The translations under genes were made by a program, and so were the position numbers. Below, in pieces: positions 34,420 to 44,995 of a stretch of DNA of 64,000 bases. This DNA comes from an uncultured Thermoleophilia bacterium (GTDB lineage: Bacteria > Actinomycetota > Thermoleophilia > UBA2241), in NCBI GenBank assembly GCA_963702475.1, contig CAVPCT010000001.1, forward strand, positions 32,001-96,000, written 5' to 3'. The notes under the pieces are model-generated. The model did no database searches. It was given only the letters and a program-made list of their open reading frames with translations, and was not told the DNA's origin. Position 1 is the stretch's first letter. Every line of letters starts with the position of its first letter.

Positions 34420-35097
34420 GTGGAACAGTCGACGATCGACCTCGGCAGAGAGCAGCGGGCCACGAGGGAGCGGCCGCGCTACGAGTACTCCGCGGCCGCC
34501 CGCGGCTTCTTCGGCTCCATGGATGCCCTCGCCGGCGAGCGCACCACACTCCACAAGGTGAAGCTCATCGAGGCGCTGGCGCCCGTGCCTTACCGGGCCT
34601 GGGAGAATCGCCAGTACGGTCTCCTGACCCGGCACTACGACGACCAGTCGCGGGTCGCCGAGGCCCGCGCGCTCGTGGAGTGGTCGCGGGCGGCCCAGGA
34701 CAACGAGTACTGGCACCTGCTCGTCGTCAACGAGAAGCTCAGGGAAGAGGGTGAGCCCGAACCCAGGTACCTGACGGAGCCACTGCCTTCTCTCATGGTC
34801 GCGTCCTACGCCTCGCTCGCGTGGACGATGGCCCGCGTCGGCATCCGCAGGGCTTTTCTGCTGAACGCCGAGTTCGAGGACCACGCCGAGCACACCTACG
34901 CGGAACTGGTGGACGCGCACCCCGAATGGGAGGACCAGCCGGTGACGAGTCCCGTGGTGCAGCAGTACGGGTCGTTCGGCTGCTGGGCCGACGTGTTCCG
35001 TCGCATAGGCTTGGACGAGCGCGACCACATGAACGCCAGCTTCCGCTTCGCCGGCAGGCCCGAGCGTGTGGCCGGCTACGAGGGCATGCCCTCCTGA
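34420..35097 (+). CDS. Alternative-oxidase-like ferritin-fold diiron protein
   Basis: E(ALAPVPY), DNEYWH, EFEDHAEHTY, DERDHM ligand pattern; RBS GGAGGT. Confidence 0.8.
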   Translation: MEQSTIDLGREQRATRERPRYEYSAAARGFFGSMDALAGERTTLHKVKLIEALAPVPYRAWENRQYGLLTRHYDDQSRVAEARALVEWSRAAQDNEYWHLLVVNEKLREEGEPEPRYLTEPLPSLMVASYASLAWTMARVGIRRAFLLNAEFEDHAEHTYAELVDAHPEWEDQPVTSPVVQQYGSFGCWADVFRRIGLDERDHMNASFRFAGRPERVAGYEGMPS

Positions 35098-35200
35098 GGG
35101 CCGGCCGCCGGCGCGCACGCGTGCCGGGTCGGCAGCGGGATGAGCCCGCGCGCGGGCAGGCGGTATCCTCTCGGTGCGGAGCCGCGACGGGGAGGGTGTG

Positions 35201-35671
35201 ATGACTGGGAGCCTGCGCGAGCGCCTCATCGGCGCCTGGGAGCTGATCGACGTTGTGGAGGAGCCGGTGGACGGGTCCCCGCTGCGCCACCCGCTCGGCG
35301 AGCATCCCTGCGGCCTCATCGTGTACACCGCCGACGGCCACATGTCGGTGCAGATCATGCAGGAGGGGCACGCCGGCCGGGCGGCGGACGACCCGTACGG
35401 CCGCACGGGCGACGACTACGCGCGCGAGGCCCGGACGTACTTCGCCTACGCCGGTACCTACAAGGTCGACGAGGTCCGCGGGGTGGTCACGCACGGCGTG
35501 CGACTGTCGCTGTTCCCGGGCTGGGTGGGCCAGGACCAGGAGCGCGTGGCGCAGCTGGATGGCGTCGTGCTGCAGCTGAGCGGCGTCGAGCCCTCGCTCT
35601 CGGCGGGGTTGCTGGTCCGGACGCGGCTCAGGTGGAGGCGCGCCGGCGGGCCTGCGGCCTCCGGCGCCTGA
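35201..35671 (+). CDS. Lipocalin-like domain protein
   Basis: LIGAWEL, GLIVYTADGHMSVQ, YFAYAGTY, FPGWVGQDQER. Confidence 0.85.
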   Translation: MTGSLRERLIGAWELIDVVEEPVDGSPLRHPLGEHPCGLIVYTADGHMSVQIMQEGHAGRAADDPYGRTGDDYAREARTYFAYAGTYKVDEVRGVVTHGVRLSLFPGWVGQDQERVAQLDGVVLQLSGVEPSLSAGLLVRTRLRWRRAGGPAASGA

Positions 35672-35741
35672 CGGGCGGGACGGGCGTTGCTGTGCCGGGC
35701 TCCGTGTCCGGCGCGTCCCGCCTTCGGCCGTTCTCCAGCCC

Positions 35742-37019
35742 TCACCAGAGCGTCAGAGACTCCGTGAAGAGGCGTCGCAGGTCCTCTGTGCTCGCCGGCC
35801 GCGGCGAGAGCTTGGTGACGGTGTGCTGGGGCAGAGTGCCGGCCACGAGGTCGTCGAGGTCTTCGGGGCCGTAGCCGACGGCGGAGAGGCCGTTGGGCGC
35901 GCCGATCCGGCGCATGAGGCCGACCAGGTGGCCGGCGAGCGCCCCGCCCACCTCGTCGTCCGGCACGCCGCTCATGTCGACGCCGACCAGCTCGGCCGCG
36001 TGGCGGTGCCGGACGGGATCGGCGGCGGCCGTGAAGCGGAACACGGCGGGCGCGTTGAGCGCCACCGACATGCCGTGCGGGACGAGAGGGTGGTCTTCCG
36101 GATAGCCCTCAACGCGATACTCGCGCACCATGCCGGACACGGGGTAGGACATGGCGTGGCAGAGGTGCGTGCCGGCGTTGGCGAAGCCGATCCCGGCGAA
36201 CGTGGCGGCCAGCATCATCTGGCCGCTCGCCGCTTCGTCGCCCGGGTCGGCGAGCACCTTCTCGAGGTTGGCCGAGCCGAGCTGCGCGGCGCGCGCCGCC
36301 CAGATGTCGCTGATGGGGTTGGAACCCTGGTAGGCCGGCCGGTGGTCGGGGTCCTCCGGGGCCGGCCGGCGGTGGTAGGGGAGAGCCGTGAGCGACTCAA
36401 GCGCATGGCAGAACACATCCAGGCCGCTGCACACGGCGACCATGGGCGGCATGGTCAGGGTGTTCAATGGGTCGACGATGGCCAGAGAAGGGCGCGCCGC
36501 GCGCTGCCGGATGGCCGTCTTGGCGCGCATCTCCTCCAGGTCGAACACGATGACGCCGGTGCACTCACTGCCCGTCCCCGCGGTGGTGGGGACGGCGATG
36601 AGCGGCGCCATCCGGCCCTGCACCGGCCTGCCCTCGCCGATGGGCGGGTTCACGTAGGCCATGAACCCGGCCGGGCAGGAGGCGTACAGGTCGGCGGCCT
36701 TGGCCGTGTCCATCACGGAGCCGCCGCCGACGGCCACGTAGCCGTCGAAGCCGCCGTCCTGCGCGAACCCTATGGCGTCGTGCAGGGAGACGTCCGTGGG
36801 CTCGACGCGGGCGCGATCGTACAGCACGGCCTCGATACCCGCTTGGCGGAGCGCCTCCAGGGTCACGGCGACGGGACGGCTCTCCGCCAGGCGCACGTCG
36901 GTGACGACCATCACCCGCGTGCCGCCGAAGCGGCGCATGTCCCACCCCAGCTCGCGGGTCACGCCGGCCCCGTACTTGATGCTCGAGGTGTCCATGGTGA
37001 AGGCGGTCTCGAAGGTCAT
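35742..37019 (-). CDS. Hydroxyacid-oxoacid transhydrogenase (Fe-ADH family)
   Basis: [57 protein letters not shown]. Confidence 0.9.
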   Translation of the reverse strand: MTFETAFTMDTSSIKYGAGVTRELGWDMRRFGGTRVMVVTDVRLAESRPVAVTLEALRQAGIEAVLYDRARVEPTDVSLHDAIGFAQDGGFDGYVAVGGGSVMDTAKAADLYASCPAGFMAYVNPPIGEGRPVQGRMAPLIAVPTTAGTGSECTGVIVFDLEEMRAKTAIRQRAARPSLAIVDPLNTLTMPPMVAVCSGLDVFCHALESLTALPYHRRPAPEDPDHRPAYQGSNPISDIWAARAAQLGSANLEKVLADPGDEAASGQMMLAATFAGIGFANAGTHLCHAMSYPVSGMVREYRVEGYPEDHPLVPHGMSVALNAPAVFRFTAAADPVRHRHAAELVGVDMSGVPDDEVGGALAGHLVGLMRRIGAPNGLSAVGYGPEDLDDLVAGTLPQHTVTKLSPRPASTEDLRRLFTESLTLW

Positions 37020-37155
37020 CACGGCTCCTTTGTGGCTGCACGGCAGCCTATCACCCGCATCGCGGCGCGCCGGAACGCTGCCGGCGCGGACGGCCACAGC
37101 GGGCTCTGCGCCCTGTCGGGGTGCCGCACCGCGCCGCCCGTGGGAGGATGGGCGC

Positions 37156-37656
37156 ATGGACCTCGACGTCGTCGTCACCGTCATCGCGGGAATCCTCCTC
37201 GTCGTGGCCGCCGTCGGCACCGTCTATCCCGTGCTGCCCGGCAGCCCGGTCGCCATTGTCACCCTGATCGCCTGGGCGTGGATCCTGGGCTCGGCCATCA
37301 GCTGGACGGCCGGCATCGTCGGAGCGCTGCTCGCCGCGGTCGGCTGGTCCGCAAGCGCCGTGCTCACGGGACGCCAGCTCAAGCGGCACGAGGTCCCCGG
37401 ACGTTCCATCCTGGTGGCTGTCGTGGGCGCGCTCATCGGCATGTACTTCATCCCGGTGGTCGGCGTGTTCGTGGGGTTCGCCGTCGGACTGCTGGTGAGC
37501 GAGCTCGTCAGGCGGCGCGACCTGAAGGCCGCGCTCACGGCCAGCGCCGCGGCCCTCAAGGCGACGGGGATCGGCATCCTCGTGGAGTTCACGATGGTGT
37601 GTCTGGCCGGGTCGGTCTGGGCGCTGGGCGTGATCGCCCACTTCTGGCTCCGCTGA
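37156..37656 (+). CDS. DUF456 family membrane protein
   Basis: GTVYPVLPG, FIPVVG..VGF..G...SE; RBS GGAGG. Confidence 0.88.
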   Translation: MDLDVVVTVIAGILLVVAAVGTVYPVLPGSPVAIVTLIAWAWILGSAISWTAGIVGALLAAVGWSASAVLTGRQLKRHEVPGRSILVAVVGALIGMYFIPVVGVFVGFAVGLLVSELVRRRDLKAALTASAAALKATGIGILVEFTMVCLAGSVWALGVIAHFWLR

Positions 37657-37729
37657 AACGGCACGGGGCGGCCCCGTTGCCGGCGTCCGTGCCGGCGTTC
37701 GATGGCCCGCCGGCGGTCTGACCGGCGGC

Positions 37730-38653
37730 CTACCCGCCGTGCTCCAGGCCATCCTTCCCGCCGGCCTCCGCGGCGTTCTCTCCCTCCCCGTCCTCCTTCG
37801 GCTTCATCGACGGGGCTGTGGCCAGCACGGAGCCGATGAGGATCAGCGGCGTGGCGATGGCGATGCCCAGTGTGATCGGCTCGCTCAGGATGACCACGCC
37901 GAGCAGCACGGCGACCAGCGGGTTCACGTAGGTGATGATGGCGCTCCGCGACGGCCCGACCTCCCGCAGGAGGGCCATATAGATGACCATGGCGAGCGCC
38001 GTGCACAGCACCGCGAGGATGACCACCGCGATGACGGTGTCGCGCGAGACCGACTCCGGCCAGCCGGCGGCGGCCAGCGGGGCGAACGCGATGGTGTTGA
38101 CCCACAGCGCCACCATGGCGACGCTCACACCGGAGAGGCCGCCGAGGCGCTTCACGACGACGATGGGCGCGATCGCCCAGCAGAGGTCGACGATGAGGAG
38201 CATGACGACGCCGACCAGATCCCCATTGCCCACGTTCACGCCGACGAGCGCCACGATGCCGGCGAGGCCGCAGGCGAGGCCGGCCACGTGGCGCGCATCG
38301 AAGTCGTACCTCTCGCCCATCACCCGGTAGAGGCCGACGCCGATGAGCGGCATCGCGCCGATGAGCAGTCCTGCGAGCGAGCTCGTGAGCCGCTGTTCCG
38401 CGGTGGCGATGAGCAGCCAGGGGAGCGACATCTCGAGGAACGTGAAGGCGAGCACCCACGGCCAGTGCGTGAGCAGGTCGCGGACGCCGCCGGCCCGCAG
38501 GACGAACGGGGTCAGCGTCACGGCCGCGAGCAGCGTGCGGAAGAAGACCAGGGTGGACGGCTCGAGCTCGCGCACGGCGATCCTGACCATCAGGTACGGC
38601 ATGCCCCAGATGAGGCACAGCGCGACGAACATGATCCACCCTTTGCGTGACAC
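37730..38653 (-). CDS. EamA/DMT family transporter
   Basis: IWGMPY, AEQRLTSSLAGL, ITYVNPLVAVLLG..LSE. Confidence 0.92.
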   Translation of the reverse strand: MSRKGWIMFVALCLIWGMPYLMVRIAVRELEPSTLVFFRTLLAAVTLTPFVLRAGGVRDLLTHWPWVLAFTFLEMSLPWLLIATAEQRLTSSLAGLLIGAMPLIGVGLYRVMGERYDFDARHVAGLACGLAGIVALVGVNVGNGDLVGVVMLLIVDLCWAIAPIVVVKRLGGLSGVSVAMVALWVNTIAFAPLAAAGWPESVSRDTVIAVVILAVLCTALAMVIYMALLREVGPSRSAIITYVNPLVAVLLGVVILSEPITLGIAIATPLILIGSVLATAPSMKPKEDGEGENAAEAGGKDGLEHGG

Positions 38654-38829
38654 CGGATCTGGACTCCCCCGTGAGCAGCGGCTGAAGGCCGCCACAGTGT
38701 ATGCGCCGCGTCGACCCCGGAGGAGTGCGCCTGTCGCCGAGTCCCAGAGTGTGGAAGGCGCCTGCGGCTTCGGGGCGGTCGCCTGAGGGTCGGTGGCCGG
38801 GCCCTGCTCGAGCCGGTAGGGTGCAAGGG

Positions 38830-40098
38830 ATGGCGGACCAGTCCACCCTGAGCGACCTCACACGCGGCCGGCGGACGGCGCTCGTCGCGACCCTCGGCGG
38901 CCTCTGGACCATCGGCCCGTTCTCCATCGACCTGTACCTGCCCGCCCTGCCGACCCTGGGCGGCGACCTGGGCGCCTCACAGCAGCAGGTAGCGGTCACC
39001 GTGACGGCCTTCTTCCTCGGCCTGGCGTTCGGCCAGGTGCAGGCCGGCGCCCTCAGCGACACGTACGGCCGCCGCCGGCCGCTGCTGGCCGGCCTGCTGC
39101 TCTACGCGCTCGCGAGCCTGGGCTGCGCGCTCGCGCCGACCATCCAGCTCCTGGTCGTCGCCAGGTTCCTGCAGGGCCTGGGCGGCGCGGCGGGCATGGC
39201 CATCTCCAACGCGGCCGTGACGGACTACGCCCGCGGCCGGGAGGCCGCGCGCCTGCTGTCGCGCCTCGCCATGATCGGCGGCGTGGCGCCCATCCTCGCC
39301 CCGCTGGCCGGCGCCCAGCTGCTGGGCGTCATGTCCTGGAGAGGTCTCTTCGTCGTGCTCGCGGTGGTCGGGATCGCGCTGTTCCTCGCTGTGCTCTTCG
39401 GGCTCCCGGAGAGCCTGCCGCGCGAGCGCCGTTCCTCCGCCGGCCTCGGCGCCCTGCTCGGGAGCGTGCTGGTCCTCTCCCACGACGTGCGCTTCGTCGG
39501 CCTCGCGCTCACCGGCGCGTTCAGCTTCGCGGGCTTCTTCGCCTATCTCGCCGGCTCGTCGTTCGTCTACCAGGAGGTCTACGGTGTGTCTCCCGCCGCG
39601 TTCAGCGCGCTCTTCGCGGTGAACGCCGTCGGCATGCTGGGGGCGAGCGAGCTGAGCCACCGGCTTCTCGCTCGCTTCACGCCGGCGCAGCTGCTGGCGG
39701 CGGCGCTCGTGATCGGTGCGCTCGCCGGCGTCGCCGTCCTGCTGGTGCTGCTCGCCGGCGATCTCGGCCTGTGGGCGCTGGCCGTGCCGCTGTTCGTGCT
39801 CGTCGCGAGCATCGGTCTCGTCATCCCCAACTCCACCGCGCTGGCCCTCTCCCTGCACCCGGACCTGGCCGGCAAGGCGTCCGCCTACTTCGGTACTCTG
39901 CGGATCGGGCTCGGCGCCCTGGCGACGCCCCTCGTCGGCCTGGGCGGCGGGCTGGACGGCGTGTCCATGGGCCTCGTCATCGCCGCCGCCGGCGTGCTGG
40001 CGCTGTCGACGTACGGCGTCGTCGCGTGGCTCGACCGGGGCCGTCGGCGCTCGTGCGAGTTGCGGGCCGGGACCTGCGCCGACATGCCGGTGTGCTGA
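38830..40098 (+). CDS. Bcr/CflA family multidrug MFS transporter
   Basis: PFSIDLYLPALP, GALSDTYGRRRPL, PILAPLAG, LPES. Confidence 0.93.
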   Translation: MADQSTLSDLTRGRRTALVATLGGLWTIGPFSIDLYLPALPTLGGDLGASQQQVAVTVTAFFLGLAFGQVQAGALSDTYGRRRPLLAGLLLYALASLGCALAPTIQLLVVARFLQGLGGAAGMAISNAAVTDYARGREAARLLSRLAMIGGVAPILAPLAGAQLLGVMSWRGLFVVLAVVGIALFLAVLFGLPESLPRERRSSAGLGALLGSVLVLSHDVRFVGLALTGAFSFAGFFAYLAGSSFVYQEVYGVSPAAFSALFAVNAVGMLGASELSHRLLARFTPAQLLAAALVIGALAGVAVLLVLLAGDLGLWALAVPLFVLVASIGLVIPNSTALALSLHPDLAGKASAYFGTLRIGLGALATPLVGLGGGLDGVSMGLVIAAAGVLALSTYGVVAWLDRGRRRSCELRAGTCADMPVC

Positions 40099-40176
40099 GG
40101 CGCCTGCGGTCCGCGCTCGACGCCCCGGTCGCGGGCCGCAACGTCTTGGCCCGGTGCCGCGTCGGATCCCCCGCTC

Positions 40177-40887
40177 TCACTCCTCCCAAGGCAGCGGCTC
40201 GGCCGCGCCGCCGACAGGGTCCTGCGTCCGGGCCTCGCCGGGCGGCGGGGTGATGGGGACGCGGTCGCGCTCGTCGAACGCCGCCGCGTGCGTGTGCCGG
40301 TGAAGGCGCGCGTAGAGCGGGGAGAGCAGACCGACGACGACGGCCCACGCGACGAAACACGCGAGGAGGAGCGCCTGGGCGGCGAGCGGCCCGGGGCTGG
40401 ACGCCCCGGCCTCCGCGCCGCCCCACACCAGCGTCTGCGCGATGAACGCCAGTACGAGTGAGGCGGCTGCGGCCACCGAGTAGTCGAGCGGCAGGCGCCA
40501 GCGCCAGCGCGAGTGCCACCACACCGCCCCCGGACGGAACCGGCGCCATCCGTAGGCCGGGTTCAGCAGGAACCAGAGGAAGTCCCACAGCGCGCTCCAC
40601 GCCACCCAGGCGGCCAGCACGGTGAGCTCGGCAACGGCCGTCCACGGCGTCCCGAAGGCGAAGGGCAGATGGAAGGCGACGAGTGTGGAGGCGAACATGA
40701 GCAGGTTGTAGCCCGTGAGCGGCTTGCCGCCCAGGACGGTGCCGAAGACCCGGGCCACGGGGCCGCTGACCCGGTACGGGGTGGGCAGCTTCTCGGCCCA
40801 GCCATAGGGCCCCTCGATCTCGATCTCCACCGCCGCGAGCAGGAAGGCGAAAACGCAGAGAAGCGGTGCGGCGACGGCGAGGGTCAT
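40177..40887 (-). CDS. Uncharacterised membrane protein
   Basis: EIEIEGPYGWAEKLPT, DFLWFLLNP; 4-bp overlap with the upstream glycosyltransferase. Confidence 0.8.
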   Translation of the reverse strand: MTLAVAAPLLCVFAFLLAAVEIEIEGPYGWAEKLPTPYRVSGPVARVFGTVLGGKPLTGYNLLMFASTLVAFHLPFAFGTPWTAVAELTVLAAWVAWSALWDFLWFLLNPAYGWRRFRPGAVWWHSRWRWRLPLDYSVAAAASLVLAFIAQTLVWGGAEAGASSPGPLAAQALLLACFVAWAVVVGLLSPLYARLHRHTHAAAFDERDRVPITPPPGEARTQDPVGGAAEPLPWEE

Positions 40888-42122
40888 GCCGGCTCGCCGT
40901 CGCTGGGCTCCGCTGCTCCCGGCCTCTCACCCGACTCGACCGACTCGGGCGGGTCTGCCGCGGTGCCCGGCTCCGCGCCCGGCCCGGCCGCCTCCCGCGC
41001 CTCGACGGCGGCCGTGGCCGCGGCCGCCAGGGCGCGGCGGCCGCGCCGCGTGCCCGCGCGCTCGAGCGCCACCAGCGAAAGCTGTTCGCGCAGCGCCGCG
41101 AGCGCCTCGTTGTTACCGTCCTGCCGGTACCCCGCCAGGGCGCGCTCGTGGGCCGGGAGGTGCTGGAGGAACGCGCCGATCGCCTCCGGCGTCGGCGCCT
41201 CCGCGTACTCGCCGTACCCCAGCTCCTGCAGGTACCGCGCGTTCAGCACCTGCTCGAACTGCCCGGTCACGGGGATCGAGAGCACGGGTTTGTGCAGGTA
41301 CACGCACTCCGACAGCAGCGAGAAGCCGCCGCCGGCGATCACGGCCCGGGCCGTGCGCAGGTCGTCCAGGAACACGGTCTCGCTGAAGGGACGGTACACG
41401 AGCGCGCCATCGACGAGGTCCTCCGTCAGGTCGCGGCGCACGCCGTACAGGCGGCACGAAAGGCCGGTCGCGTGTAGAGCCGCCACCAGCGTCTCGCTCC
41501 CCTGCGCCGTCTGGTAGACGAGCAGGTGCTCGCCCTGCTCCGCCGCGGCGGCGAGCACCGCCTCCCGCAGCACCGGCGCCACGAGCGTGGTGTTCCTGCG
41601 TCGCAGAGGGGGCCGGAAGAAGGTCGGCACGATGGCCCAGTGCAGGCCGGGCGCCTTTGTGCGGGCGATCTGCCGGGCCAGCTCGAAGTCCAGGATATCG
41701 TCGCCGATGAGCTCCGCGTCGTGCACGCAGCGGTCGAGCATCATGATGTTGTCCACGCTGATGGCCGGCACCCGCCGCCGGCGCGCCACGGTGAGCACGA
41801 ACGACTCGAAGTCGCTGATCACCACGTCGGGCTCGAAGTCGCTGGCCACTTCGTAGAACGACCGCACCTGCGCGGGCCAGCGGCTCACGGCGCCGCGCAG
41901 GTTCTGAGCGACCGTCTCCCAGCGGCGGATGGCGTTGTCCCCGTAGGCGAGCGAGAAGCCGAGGATCTCGCGCACGTGGGGAAAGCGCTGCGCGAGATAG
42001 TCGTGGGCGCGCCCGGAGGCCACGATGAGCACGTCGTGCTCGCCGACCAGGTCCGCCAGGAACGCGTGAGAGCGGGTGGCGTGGCCCATGCCTTCGCCGG
42101 CAACGCCGTACAGGATGCGCAC
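40884..42122 (-). CDS. GT-B glycosyltransferase (MJ1255/VC2487-like)
   Basis: MRILYGVAGEGMGHATRS, VISDFE, GGFSLLSE, KPVLSIP..GQFEQ..NA. Confidence 0.9.
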   Translation of the reverse strand: MRILYGVAGEGMGHATRSHAFLADLVGEHDVLIVASGRAHDYLAQRFPHVREILGFSLAYGDNAIRRWETVAQNLRGAVSRWPAQVRSFYEVASDFEPDVVISDFESFVLTVARRRRVPAISVDNIMMLDRCVHDAELIGDDILDFELARQIARTKAPGLHWAIVPTFFRPPLRRRNTTLVAPVLREAVLAAAAEQGEHLLVYQTAQGSETLVAALHATGLSCRLYGVRRDLTEDLVDGALVYRPFSETVFLDDLRTARAVIAGGGFSLLSECVYLHKPVLSIPVTGQFEQVLNARYLQELGYGEYAEAPTPEAIGAFLQHLPAHERALAGYRQDGNNEALAALREQLSLVALERAGTRRGRRALAAAATAAVEAREAAGPGAEPGTAADPPESVESGERPGAAEPSDGEPA

Positions 42123-42273
42123 AGCCGAACCTCCTCACCCGGTCGCGGGACTCTTCTGCCCTGACTGTACTGCGCCGGCGCGCGCGCTTCACGCCCCGCC
42201 GGCGCGCCGCATCCTTGCCAGGCGTCGCGCGGCGCCTCCATCATGTCGCAGGACCGGCTGCAAAGGAGCGCGC

Positions 42274-42612
42274 ATGGACGTGGTCAAGACCTTCGCCATC
42301 TACATCGTCGCGGCGATCGGCGAGCTGGGAGGTACATACTGCTACTGGCGGTGGCTCAAGGGTCACGGCCCGTGGGGTCTGGCGATCCTCGGCATCGCCG
42401 CGCTGGTCGGCTACGCGGTGATCCAGACATACCAGCCCGAGGTCAAGTACGGGCGCGTGTACGCCGCCTACGCCGGCGTGTTCCTCGTGGGGGCCATGCT
42501 CTGGGGCTGGCTGCTCGACGGCGCCACGCCGGACCGCTTCGATGTGACAGGCGCGGTGGTCGCTATGGCGGGCATCGTCATCGTGCTGTACGGCCGGGTC
42601 ATCTTCGCCTGA
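42274..42612 (+). CDS. ynfA: YnfA (UPF0060) small membrane protein
   Basis: ELGGTY..W.WL, GRVYAAYAGVF, PDRFD. Confidence 0.9.
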   Translation: MDVVKTFAIYIVAAIGELGGTYCYWRWLKGHGPWGLAILGIAALVGYAVIQTYQPEVKYGRVYAAYAGVFLVGAMLWGWLLDGATPDRFDVTGAVVAMAGIVIVLYGRVIFA

Positions 42613-42680
42613 CGCCTCCGGGCGGGCGCCGGCCGCTCACGACCGGCAGGTGAGCGGCGCCCGAGGGTGAACTCTGACGG

Positions 42681-43493
42681 GTGGCCCAGAGCACCCCCGA
42701 CGCACCGCCCAGGCACAAGCAGCAGCCCCAGCTCAGCAACGCCTACGAGCTGTTCATCCTGTTGCTCACCTTCCTGTCGCTGGCGGACATGGTGCTGCTC
42801 GTCCTGCCCCGCATCTCGTCTGAGACCGAGCAGCTGCTGCAGACGTACGACCTCATCTTCTGCCTCGTGTTCCTGTGCGACTTCGGCCTGCGCCTGAAGC
42901 GTGCCCCGTCGCGCCGTCGCTACTTCCTCCGTCAGGGTGGCATCTTCGACCTGCTGGGGTCGGTGCCCAGTCTGGGGTTCTTCAGGTTCACCGCCCTGTT
43001 CCGCCTGGCCCGGATCAGCCGCGTCGTCCGGGCCATCCGCATGCTCAAGCAGCAGAAGAAGGAAGGGCTGTGGAAGGACGTGCTGGCCAACCGCGGGCGG
43101 TACGCCGGCTTCATCACCATCGTCCTGGCTGCCACCGTGCTCGGCGTGTCCAGCGTGCTCGTGCTCCAGAGCGAGAGCAGGGTGGCCGCGGCCAACATCA
43201 CCACCGGGGGCGACGCCGTGTGGTGGGCGATCGTCACGATCACCACCGTGGGCTACGGCGACCAGTACCCCGTGACCGCGATGGGGCGCGTCGTCGGCGT
43301 CTTCGTGATGTTCGCCGGCGTGGGCATCATCGGTGCGCTGGCCAGCATCCTGGCCAGCGTGCTCATCCCGCAGCCCAGCCGGGCGGTCGACCCCTCGTCG
43401 GAGCTGCGACAGGTCAAGGCCGAGCTGGCGGCGGTCCGCGGCGAGCTCGCCGCCCTCAACCGGAGGCTGGCGCCGGACGAGGTGCGCGAGTAG
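42681..43493 (+). CDS. Six-TM (voltage-gated type) potassium channel
   Basis: S4-like [13 protein letters not shown]; selectivity filter TTVGYGD; C-terminal coiled coil. Confidence 0.93.
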   Translation: MAQSTPDAPPRHKQQPQLSNAYELFILLLTFLSLADMVLLVLPRISSETEQLLQTYDLIFCLVFLCDFGLRLKRAPSRRRYFLRQGGIFDLLGSVPSLGFFRFTALFRLARISRVVRAIRMLKQQKKEGLWKDVLANRGRYAGFITIVLAATVLGVSSVLVLQSESRVAAANITTGGDAVWWAIVTITTVGYGDQYPVTAMGRVVGVFVMFAGVGIIGALASILASVLIPQPSRAVDPSSELRQVKAELAAVRGELAALNRRLAPDEVRE

Positions 43494-43505
43494 GGGCGCA
43501 CCGGT

Positions 43506-43549
43506 CCCGCCGGCGCCCGCGCACCAGCCCGCCGGCGCCCGCGCACCAG
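43506..43549 (+). repeat. Two exact tandem copies of a 22-bp unit
   Basis: CCCGCCGGCGCCCGCGCACCAG at 43506-43527 and 43528-43549. Confidence 0.9.
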
Positions 43550-43606
43550 CCAGCGGGAAACCGTATGCTTCGCGGGCCGGTGCTGTTCGGCGTCTCCTGG
43601 AGTCCC

Positions 43607-44995
43607 GTGTCCCGACGCGTCTCATACGCCTGGTGGGTGCTCGCCGCCTCCTTCACGATCCTGTTCCTGAACAGCGGCGCCCGCCTGATGATCGGCGTGA
43701 TGGTCAAGCCCATCATCGCCGACTTCGGGTGGAGCCGCGCCCAGGTCTCGGCCGCTGTGTTCGTCAACATGGTGGTGTTCTCCGTGTCGATCCTCGTCGC
43801 CGGCCGCCTCCTCGACCGCTACGGCCCGCGCTGGACCGTCCTCGTCTCCGGCGTGGTGTTCTCGGGGGGACTGCTCCTGATGACGGGCATGACCACGCTG
43901 TGGCAGTTCATCCTGTTCTACGGCGTGGTCTCCGCCGCCGGGCTGGGCGGGCTCACCAGCGCCCTGTTCGGCGCACTGCTGGCGAAGTGGTTCGAGCGGC
44001 GCCGGGGTACGGCGATCAGTCTGGCGATCGCCGGCAACTCCCTCGGGCAGTTCGCCCTGGTGCCGCTGTTCAGCAGCCTGCTGCTCGCCGACGGGTGGCG
44101 CGCCACGATGGTGGTCGTGGGCCTGCTGTGCCTCGTCGTCAACGTCCTGCTCGCCTGGTTCGTCCTGCGCGGCGACCCCGAGGCGCTCGGCAAGACGCCC
44201 TACGGGCACGTCGAGCCGGGCGCGGGACCCGTGGCCGCGGGATCCACAGGGACGGCGGCCACGGCAGACCACCGGACTGCGTCCGCCGCCTCGCCGCTTC
44301 GGCTCGAGCCGCGCTCGCTGAACCTCCGCGAGGCCATGCGCACGTGGTCGTTCTGGCTCTTCACGGGGGCCATGTTCGTGTGCGGCGCCGGCGACTTCCT
44401 GCTCACCACCCACCTCGTCGCCATGGCCACCGACCACGGCGTGCCGACGACCACGGCCGTGTCGATGCTGGCCTGGTTCGGCCTGCTCAGCCTGGGCGGC
44501 GTGCTGCTCGCCGGGCCCATGTCCGACGCTGTCGGCGACAAGATCCCCATCGCCGGCGCCTTCGCCCTGCGCGTCGTCCTCTTCCTGCTGGTGTTCTGGT
44601 CGCAGTCGGTGGTGTCGTTCTGGGCCCTGGCCCTGGGGTTCGGCTTCACCTTCCTCATCACGGCGCCGCTCACCACCACGCTCATGGGGAGGATGTACGG
44701 CTTCGCCAGCATCGGCGTGCTGAGCGGGTTCATCACCACCGTGCACCACATCGGCGGCGGCTTCTGGGCCTACATGGGCGGCGTGGTCTTCGACGCCACC
44801 GGCAGCTACACGGTCGCGATGCTGGTCTCGGCGATCGCCTCCGGCGGCGCCCTGGTCTGCGCGCTCCTCATCAGGGAGGTGCGGCACGTGGCGCCGGACG
44901 ACCCTGCGGGCGCCGGCGCCGAGACGCACCCCGACTGGCGCCTGGGCCGCGTCCTGCGGGACGGCCCTGCGGCGGTCCCACGGGCCGAGCCCTGA
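43607..44995 (+). CDS. MFS transporter (OFA/MCT-like)
   Basis: YAWWVL, FGWSR, GRLLDRYGPR, KWFERRRGTA, DATGSY. Confidence 0.92.
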   Translation: MSRRVSYAWWVLAASFTILFLNSGARLMIGVMVKPIIADFGWSRAQVSAAVFVNMVVFSVSILVAGRLLDRYGPRWTVLVSGVVFSGGLLLMTGMTTLWQFILFYGVVSAAGLGGLTSALFGALLAKWFERRRGTAISLAIAGNSLGQFALVPLFSSLLLADGWRATMVVVGLLCLVVNVLLAWFVLRGDPEALGKTPYGHVEPGAGPVAAGSTGTAATADHRTASAASPLRLEPRSLNLREAMRTWSFWLFTGAMFVCGAGDFLLTTHLVAMATDHGVPTTTAVSMLAWFGLLSLGGVLLAGPMSDAVGDKIPIAGAFALRVVLFLLVFWSQSVVSFWALALGFGFTFLITAPLTTTLMGRMYGFASIGVLSGFITTVHHIGGGFWAYMGGVVFDATGSYTVAMLVSAIASGGALVCALLIREVRHVAPDDPAGAGAETHPDWRLGRVLRDGPAAVPRAEP

